Source: Candidatus Poribacteria bacterium
GTDB lineage: Bacteria; Poribacteria; WGA-4E; PCPOR2b
Direction: 5' to 3'
Assembly: GCA_965208325.1 (NCBI GenBank)
Contig: OZ242326.1
Location: 1,248,001 to 1,312,000 of the forward strand
DNA: 64,000 nucleotides
In this document: one piece after another, positions 60,001 through 64,000 of the stretch
How the letters are laid out: each line of letters opens with the position of its first letter
How positions within the stretch are numbered: the first letter of the stretch is position 1
Program-made: the position numbers and the translations under genes
Notes under the pieces: generated by a model
The model's input: the letters and a program-made list of their open reading frames with translations, nothing else
What the model was told of the DNA's origin: nothing
The model's database searches: none

Positions 60001-61512
60001 CTAAGTTTTGCGGCAAACATGCTGGTGGGAATGAGCCCTGATGAGCCGGGTGTCACCGGTATTGACCGTTACCTCCAGTACGGCAAATGGTTTGACCCTG
60101 CAGACGAAGCGGAATGGCCGACCCAATGGCCGTATGTGTGCGTATTGCCGAAAGGTATGGCGGATCTCTTGGAAATCAGCGAATCTGATATGGGGAAAGC
60201 CACTATCTCAGTTTATGGTGCCAAATTCACTGTAACCGGTGTGTTGGGCATTGGGTTTAAGGATTTGACAGATAATGACGGCGAAGAACTCACTCCTGTT
60301 GATTATCAATTGATGCATCAGCAGCAATCGCGCGGGGGCGAGGGAGAAGAAACGCTTGAGGGCGAGTTACAGAAGTATCTCCACCTTACGCCGGATAGCA
60401 TCGCAGTTTTGCCATACGAGGTAATAATTAATCAAGGCGGAACACTGCGATCGGTCGCGGTTAATATGAACCCTCAAGAAGGCGATCCGCCGTTCCTGAC
60501 CGGCGTTGATAAACTAGATTTAATAATGGCACCCCTAATGAGCCGCATTGCACTCGACTTTTTCGTCGGCCGGAACAAAGATACTTACCTCTACAGCTCA
60601 ATTGGGATGACTTCTTTCTCCGGCATGGGGAACTTATTTGTGCCAATACTTATCGCGTCACTAATCGTACTGAACACAATGCTCGGCGCCGTGTATGAAA
60701 GAGTTCGGGAAATTGGTATTTACAGCTCTGTCGGGCTTGCGCCGGTGCATATCGCTTTTCTGTTTCTTGCAGAGGCGTGTGTGTACGCGATTGTGGGGGC
60801 AGTGTTGGGTTACTTACTCGGTCAAGTCGTGGCTACTCTCCTAGTGAATTTTGGCTGGCTTGCTGGATTGACCCTCAATTACTCATCAATGTCCACAGTG
60901 GTGGCAACCATTATCGTTATGTTAGTGGTCATAAGCAGCACACTTTACCCCGCTGTAAAAGCCGGACGGATGGCTGTGCCCGACATTGAACGGAAGTGGA
61001 AATTACCTGAACCGGAAGGCGACGAGTGGCACTTTGACCTTCCCTTCACTGTTCTATCCGAGGAATCACTTGGTTTGAACGTATTTATGCGGGACTATTT
61101 TGAAGCCCACTCCGACGAATCTGCGAGCGATTTCTATACTGACCAAATCTCTTTTAACCGGTCAACCGAGGAGATTGAAGGCAGGGAAAAAGAAACGTAC
61201 GCGATAAGCATGATGGCATGGGTAGCCCCTTACGATTTAGGGGTCGGTCAATCCATTCGATTTGTGACTTCTCCGGTTGGCGGCGAAGAAGAGGATCTCT
61301 ACAACATCACCCTTGATGTGCACCGCGAAAGCGGCGAAATTGCCTCTTGGAAACGCGTCAACCGGCGTTTCTTGAACCTAATTCGCAAGCAACTGTTGGT
61401 CTGGCGAACCTTCAGCGCCGATGTTCGCGGCGAGTTCCATGAACGCGGTCGGCACGATCGCCAATTCACGGATGCTCCTAACCTTGAACTAGCACCACAG
61501 CCGGCGGACTGA
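54076..61512 (+). CDS. Giant membrane protein: LysM x2, DGxDN repeats, M28/PA-like region, helical insertions and FtsX/MacB-type permease
   Basis: Signal peptide; SRVTGYP; LysM YEVQPGDTLRDIAHRF; VVITAYYDS, PGAD; SNMRKRKGRTLLT; NTMLGAVYERVREIGIYSSVG; start at Met 54076 after GGAG. Confidence 0.85.
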   Translation: MTARNSFVCVIGFFLLTLISSQMLLASEGDQSIGLSEIAVEIRDQVDIGSMRKDIARLSSLSSRVTGYPEAASASKYIFDRFAEIGLQNVESREFPITVPMDHGDGTLAVLDEHENAIVTIDLRSVWPNLVRTSLLPTGIKHLVEGGESLEAIAQSYRVDIQSILDDPHNKFLQDQATDGRDNNGDGLVDEPGEFALIDGNKIFIPTGGLTAPLFYGGGGELVDFNGKDIGGFWYEVQPGDTLRDIAHRFRVGVGSITDDVLNGHLQKTEDGIDNNENGQIDEYGEIPLLADILHWDTDGIDNDADGFIDEQPGGETDGIDNNNDGRIDEDGEFIAAYESSIFIPRGSVVLIDFNSSTKWINAAMLGAKAVVFIEPETTIRGEAENKFLTVPANIPRFWISRTDAEKLLTMLGETSDPTSSGGEQHKEARDVTVRLSATMTWERRIGQNIRGFLDGGDPALKDELVVITAYYDSMSVVPAIAPGADPTGGIAALLELARIFSKAEFRPGRSILFVAADAHFQGLAGMRAFMEGIGQDVVGREADSPGTPTMRGLRRGLAADLFEFKELGRKLLLSIDRNVLVDLPPNFFYEVHQLDAALDSLQITLGDLEGTRGRVEWLRDAQRDYKEKQKKKLETTKKREKQGFTQEEHSRLEINLAKYKKDALQTTQFLRSVVRRVDNLRSQALEESRKAQRDLIENIALPMARLDEWAITKLEADLAAKNIGGNYDRTADSSYLQPNADEDGNYHLQVPSDLVGTPLAEAVIRLSGHLEDWELKDRRKFALQYAQEQLLDRHLDFHGLEQIKEARTIVHRATRALSEYIAEEEQVLFRTLQKIPSDSDSASRIKTAINSLRRDAAYAPDDIDTIVGPFLGESSLDRFKTIQKQLRQKLAEIETADAGAVDRESHAIFIEELTKDKQAIFETAMRNARLERQRIESLLELQRHASLNRPYLEEELLVLSHYLPADEVDTAIEVRAQVVAQLEQQRLLRLVKQRAKNDVVELQNMLNRLDELDRDLPEEMKTLLRDNMLTLRNARFRNIQKRVQVIARISKSEYDRKVTNIEQAIALQDLFNRYYTSLFVSIDLSTQNDKFGVFNKGWFYDQQPEFVLRREFAFIGNKLAEYAEDVDFGVRINNLWTFTDDQIRQAVMNSQWEIASGIESKQAIEGKSLETLIDEHYTTLVKLSGVSRLMKMQFEQMRDRGEPSEDMLKDMDYIRKEVERFIRNDQREARKERKNSIRLFNRLPAMLALRKVKPSDLTEEEIDDIKTLIDIVGLGGATNFVNAISASGGKTWTTYIPGKIAFDSEVATLVGKTGIAFATIDDARVLTDTPLDTIDKMDLREDGNLHRQAKTLAAILIQAMRDPKMPTAARVGNFYCNLFGDVVEYDARESALPNKPVPHPILTLRRKNKTMMGVRGDLFTMGDNKGVFEVVGLAMEGRAIQRRGGTQEVEAYILDSDSGDISYAPDLGNFGAELLPNKVPITTRRRGCRIVVFPCVSTTIYDLVDQRYLRTLRELNVYDARSDSPPEKYGVSKPWQQPMVSATEPIALVYSEPNSRIKIGMAYGQIGKRLLLIKAGKSGAKNPTLYTGEGFVVQENGSVRLTPYVVVRDMWWLDENRTSLYKRFGISSDRLDKLHLFSNEHLEQAEVALDKKDYSMAMKLARGAWGYESRAYPDVKKTGNDVVNGVMFYLALLIPFAYFMERLIFAFPDVHKQILGVFAIFLVVFFFLSQAHPAFQITTTPVIILIAFVVLALTVIVISIIVRKFEEQLEQIKQERSKVYKADVGRLAASAAAFSLGISNMRKRKGRTLLTCATLVILTFTVISFTSVRTFMQPNSTSLPSVTPKYTGMLIRDQYWIPLEEPVITSVTNDMRKTRIGENELRLLLKKKGKSPAEVDSLLASAKIDGDNGTGAEVRSSTAASGLKDQAYITVHNVVAPRAWYQSSGTGDQSFVQLTRIENSKDPVPPKDPLTDEPLSFAANMLVGMSPDEPGVTGIDRYLQYGKWFDPADEAEWPTQWPYVCVLPKGMADLLEISESDMGKATISVYGAKFTVTGVLGIGFKDLTDNDGEELTPVDYQLMHQQQSRGGEGEETLEGELQKYLHLTPDSIAVLPYEVIINQGGTLRSVAVNMNPQEGDPPFLTGVDKLDLIMAPLMSRIALDFFVGRNKDTYLYSSIGMTSFSGMGNLFVPILIASLIVLNTMLGAVYERVREIGIYSSVGLAPVHIAFLFLAEACVYAIVGAVLGYLLGQVVATLLVNFGWLAGLTLNYSSMSTVVATIIVMLVVISSTLYPAVKAGRMAVPDIERKWKLPEPEGDEWHFDLPFTVLSEESLGLNVFMRDYFEAHSDESASDFYTDQISFNRSTEEIEGREKETYAISMMAWVAPYDLGVGQSIRFVTSPVGGEEEDLYNITLDVHRESGEIASWKRVNRRFLNLIRKQLLVWRTFSADVRGEFHERGRHDRQFTDAPNLELAPQPAD

Positions 61513-61609
61513 TGAATTGATGAGTCGGAAAAGCACCGGTAGAATTCCGCGAATTCCTTAACGAGAAAGTTGCGGCATTTAGCACATTACGCGAAGGGAA
61601 ACAATACGC

Positions 61610-61789
61610 ATGGTAAACTTTGGAGAAAAGTTAGCAAGCTTTTTTATCATCATCGGCGTAATTCTTTGGGTCATATCTATCTTCTTTTTGGGTGGGCGAT
61701 GGCAGCCGCAGGTGCTTTCGGCCGCAATTTTGGTTGTCGCCATCTTTATCGCCCACATCTGGGAGGAACTCTTTCAGCAAAAAAAATGA
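61610..61789 (+). CDS. Small two-TM membrane protein (59 aa, absent from ORF track)
   Basis: MVNFGEKLASFFIIIGVILWVISIFFLGGRWQPQVLSAAILVVAIFIAHIWEELFQQKK*; AAGGGA upstream. Confidence 0.65.
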   Translation: MVNFGEKLASFFIIIGVILWVISIFFLGGRWQPQVLSAAILVVAIFIAHIWEELFQQKK

Positions 61790-61863
61790 CCGTGCGTAAT
61801 ACGAACGCGTAGCACTCTTGACTTTCGCACATTTCGTCATGTGCTACGAAAGGAGAATTAAAT

Positions 61864-63852
61864 TTGGCGAGAGAGAGAATATCGCAAGCCGAGGAGTGGC
61901 AGGCTTGGGCGCAGCGTTACGATATGGAGGGCGGGATTCGGACTTTTGAATCCGGATTAACTCTCAAAGTCTTTTTAGGGGCGCTTTTTGTAGGGCTGTT
62001 GATGATGCCGGGCTCAATCTACCTGCAATTAGTGTCGGGCCAAACGGGCGCGGGCGCCGCGCCGTGGGTAGCGGTCATTCTATTTACAGAATTGGCGCGC
62101 CGCTCATTTACGACCGCCAGACGACAGGAGTTATTCTTACTGCTTGGACTTACTGGTGCGGCGGTCGGTTCGGGGCTTCAGTACCGCGGCTTCATCTGGT
62201 ACGCCTATTTTGTGCAAACGCCTCAAGCAGAGTCCTATGAAATAGCCGACAAGATTCCTTTTTGGGTCACGCCATCACCGGATTCGATTGCTATTGCCGA
62301 AAGATCGCTTTTGCACATGGATTGGTGGACGCCTATTTGGATCTTTTTGGTCATGCGGCTGCTTGGGACAATCCGACATATCAGCGCAGGTTATTTTTTG
62401 TTCCGGCTCACTGCTGACCTAGAACGACTTCCGTATCCACTAGCGCCTATTGAAGCACAAGGAGCGACGGCTCTGGCAGAGACCACAGGCAGGGCGGAAA
62501 CGTGGCGTTGGCGTGTGTTTTCTATCGGTTCCATGGCGGGGTTACTGTGGGGTTTTCTCTATATCGGTATTCCTTCACTTACTGGCGTGATGATGTCAGA
62601 GCCGATTGAGATTCTAAAAATCCCATTTATTGATTTTACGCCTAGTATTGAAGGTTTTGCGCCGACAGGAGTGTTTGCGCTCTCCACCGATTTTGGACAA
62701 ATTCTCTTTGGGTTTGTGCTGCCATTTCCAATCGTGATGACTGAATTCATCGCGGCAATGTTTACCCAGTTTTTCCTGAATCCGCAACTCTACCAACATG
62801 AAATTTTGTATCAATGGCGTGCGGGTTTGGATGTCCGCGGCGTGGGTTTGTTCAATGGCTTGGATTTCTGGATTAGCGCCAATATGGGTAAAGCTTTCAG
62901 TTTCGCAATCGTTGGACTTGCTGCATCTGTTCCCATGCTAATGAAATTTCGGTCTGCTAGACAGGAAACTACCGGTACGCGCGGGTCGCTTCAAACACCA
63001 CCGGGACGCGGAGATTTTCCGCTCTGGCTAATGGCGGGATTGTGGCTTATCGGCATGATCGGTTTTGTGTGGATGGTGCATTGGATGGTACCGAATTTTC
63101 CGATGAAATTTTTGCTCGGCTTTGCTTTTATATACACCCCGCTAAATTCCTACGTCACTGCGCGTACATTTGGGGTATTGGGGCGGGATCTCTTTGAAAT
63201 CCCCTATATCCACGAGACTACCTTTATCTTGAGCCGCTACGAGGAAATCGACATTTGGTTCGTTGAATTACCAAATGAGGACTACGGCCGCGGCACACAA
63301 GGTTGGCGTGTGTGCGAACTGACGGGAACTACGTTTACAAGTAACATTGCAGCCCATCTATTGATTATGCCGATCCTACTAATTTCTGGAATTCTGGTAT
63401 GGCATTTCATTTGGAAAATTGCGCCAATTCCTTCAGCGCAATATCCTTTCGCTCAAACTTGGTGGCCAATTTACGCAACCAACGAATGTCTGTGGAAGAC
63501 CTCACTTCGAGATGGAAGCAGTCAGATGTTGCAAGCCATCAGAGGCGACTACGTTGCGACCGGATTGACCGGCTCGCTTGCTATCTACGGCCTCCTCTGG
63601 TTAGCAAAGATGCCTAGTATGTGGTTTTACGGCATCGTGGGCGGTATCGGCGCCGACCCAGGGATGATGATTCCACGGCTAATCGGGGCAATAATAGGCC
63701 GCTTTTATATGATCAAGCGATTCGGGTTGAAACGGTGGTTTATGTTTAATCCAGTTTTGGCAGCCGGTTTTACCTGCGGTGTTGGCCTTATTGGAATGGG
63801 AACGGTGGCTATCGCATTGGTTTCCAAAGCAGTCATTGTTAAACCGTTCTGA
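61864..63852 (+). CDS. OPT-superfamily-like polytopic membrane protein (putative peptide transporter)
   Basis: Many TM segments; AAPWVAVILFTELARR, DLERLPYPLAP, IAPIPSAQYP; AGGAG RBS before TTG. Confidence 0.75.
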   Translation: MARERISQAEEWQAWAQRYDMEGGIRTFESGLTLKVFLGALFVGLLMMPGSIYLQLVSGQTGAGAAPWVAVILFTELARRSFTTARRQELFLLLGLTGAAVGSGLQYRGFIWYAYFVQTPQAESYEIADKIPFWVTPSPDSIAIAERSLLHMDWWTPIWIFLVMRLLGTIRHISAGYFLFRLTADLERLPYPLAPIEAQGATALAETTGRAETWRWRVFSIGSMAGLLWGFLYIGIPSLTGVMMSEPIEILKIPFIDFTPSIEGFAPTGVFALSTDFGQILFGFVLPFPIVMTEFIAAMFTQFFLNPQLYQHEILYQWRAGLDVRGVGLFNGLDFWISANMGKAFSFAIVGLAASVPMLMKFRSARQETTGTRGSLQTPPGRGDFPLWLMAGLWLIGMIGFVWMVHWMVPNFPMKFLLGFAFIYTPLNSYVTARTFGVLGRDLFEIPYIHETTFILSRYEEIDIWFVELPNEDYGRGTQGWRVCELTGTTFTSNIAAHLLIMPILLISGILVWHFIWKIAPIPSAQYPFAQTWWPIYATNECLWKTSLRDGSSQMLQAIRGDYVATGLTGSLAIYGLLWLAKMPSMWFYGIVGGIGADPGMMIPRLIGAIIGRFYMIKRFGLKRWFMFNPVLAAGFTCGVGLIGMGTVAIALVSKAVIVKPF

Positions 63853-64000
63853 TGGGCGGAGACTGCGTGAGTAGACAGGACAGGTGTGCGGATTAACATT
63901 TTTTAACTAATCCACGGGCAATGTAGGTATGTCAGGCGGGGATTTCACGCCGCGCGTATGACGGTATGGAATGGACAAATTTTGGTTGGGCGGGTATCAC

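Noticed and set aside
61570..61840. 80-aa (+) and 69-aa (-) ORFs from the track
   Set aside because: The overlapping 59-aa two-TM ORF at 61610-61789 is the more plausible gene.
1..64000. tRNA, rRNA, integrase, transposase, prophage or defence genes; prepilin peptidase
   Set aside because: None recognised by eye; short or divergent RNA genes could have been missed without a covariance search.

Overview
Bacterial chromosomal segment of about 50% GC. No rRNA, tRNA, CRISPR array or intact transposase was recognised. Two proteins with a C-terminal 'AV....KLAT.WG.(I/L)K' tail, tandem PhyH dioxygenases and DUF6785/OPT-like membrane proteins suggest Candidatus Poribacteria or a relative (inference). 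Contents in order: (1) an ECF sigma factor, a small partner and a catalytically degenerate M1 aminopeptidase homologue, bracketed by a 74-bp direct repeat; (2) Hyi-type isomerase and serine hydrolase; (3) CsgG/FlgT-like protein, XylF and a CRTAC1-type protein; (4) an atypical type II secretion/pseudopilus operon gspE-F-G-H-I-J-K-L(PilMN)-M-C-D with no prepilin peptidase in the window; (5) housekeeping genes: TPR protein, holB, tmk, PfkB kinase, ahcY, metK, rpsA; (6) sugar-catabolic and accessory genes; (7) a ~2480-aa protein fusing LysM, DGxDN repeats, a degenerate M28/PA region and an FtsX/MacB-type permease, followed by a 59-aa membrane protein missing from the ORF track and an OPT-like transporter. 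The best candidates for undescribed systems are (7) and (4). The T2SS has a secretin with six N-domains and Trp/Arg-rich loops, and ComEA-like HhH units in both GspK and the GspM-position protein. Several intergenic structured-RNA candidates are also reported. All calls are from motif reading by eye; no database searches were run.
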